Shown here: positions 63,841 to 64,000 of the stretch, piece by piece | How the letters are laid out: each line of letters begins with the position of its first letter | Numbering within the stretch: the stretch's first letter is position 1 | Source of the DNA: an uncultured Acidimicrobiia bacterium | Lineage (GTDB): Bacteria > Actinomycetota > Acidimicrobiia > Acidimicrobiales > AC-14 | DNA: 64,000 nt | NCBI GenBank assembly: GCA_963790325.1 | Contig: CAWBNY010000004.1 | Coordinates: 4,210-68,209, forward strand | Direction: 5' to 3' | Made by a program: the position numbers and the translations under genes | The notes under the pieces: model-generated | What the model was told of the DNA's origin: nothing | What the model saw: the letters and a program-made list of their open reading frames with translations, nothing else | The model's database searches: none

Positions 63841-64000
63841 CAGGCGCTCTGACGTGGACGACTCCCGCTTCGGCGCGATCGGCGGATGGCGTCGCCCGCC
63901 CACGCCTCGGCTTCGGCCAGCTCCGCATCGCTGAACGCTCCGTGCTCCCGCTCGAACTCGGCGACGCCCGCAAGTCCGTCCCGGATCAGGAACTCCTTGC
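63840..64000 (-). CDS. antitoxin candidate (VapB-like), 5' end outside window
   Basis: A minus-strand frame is open from the window edge and reads ...KEFLIRDGLAGVAEFEREHGAFSDAELAEAEAWAGDAIRRSRRSGSRPRQSA. Its stop shares one nucleotide with the vapC ATG. It is absent from the ORF track because no start lies in the window. Confidence 0.5.
   Translation of the reverse strand, partial: KEFLIRDGLAGVAEFEREHGAFSDAELAEAEAWAGDAIRRSRRSGSRPRQSA

Larger units (their letters stand above)
61601..64000. mobile_element. left end of a putative tRNA-targeting integrated element (continues beyond window)
   Basis: The tRNA 3' duplicate is followed by a clearly lower-GC spacer (61646-61760), iteron-like repeats and two toxin-antitoxin modules. 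Neither an integrase nor an intact tRNA is within the window. Confidence 0.45.

Overview
This is a very GC-rich, Actinomycetota-like chromosomal window with about 70 densely packed CDS. Many are translationally coupled through ATGA or GTGA overlaps. There is no rRNA, no intact tRNA and no CRISPR array. All product calls come from motifs read by eye in the supplied translations; nothing was searched or computed. From left to right: (1) 1-6227 is a compositionally foreign island with low third-position GC. It carries a LeuC/LeuD-like isomerase, an IPMS-like synthase, an ALS-like TPP enzyme, a YrdC-like enzyme and an orphan protein, and it ends at a dead tyrosine-recombinase fragment. (2) A two-component system, an MMPL transporter and several gene remnants. 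(3) 12889-21631 is an operon combining all four enzyme families of the bacterial (Xanthobacter xcb-type) coenzyme M pathway with an orphan protein, a PurM-like protein and a DUF1116/DUF2877 pair. A (GGT/GGC)n microsatellite sits between two of its cistrons. (4) 22199-27831 is a cytoplasmic TPR-CHAT protease, an S8 protease, an ECF sigma factor and a coupled partner protein. The S8 protease has PTPVF pentapeptide repeats around a 6-Cys insert. (5) 29862-34813 is a Co-type nitrile hydratase operon embedded among sulfur/redox-type genes under an XRE-cupin regulator. (6) An ABC exporter, two large SARP-NTPase-TPR regulators, a PhyH-HD (PhnY/PhnZ-like) fusion with a GNAT, a three-lipoprotein operon and housekeeping genes. 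(7) 61601-64000 starts with a tRNA-Arg(CCU) 3' fragment (att-like) and continues into a lower-GC segment carrying toxin-antitoxin modules. Gene decay is frequent: a truncated integrase, an internally deleted oxidoreductase, a PIN remnant, a kinase/ABC deletion junction and a frameshifted RES toxin. The most promising candidates for something undescribed are the extended xcb-like sulfonate cluster and the CHAT/S8/ECF-sigma module.
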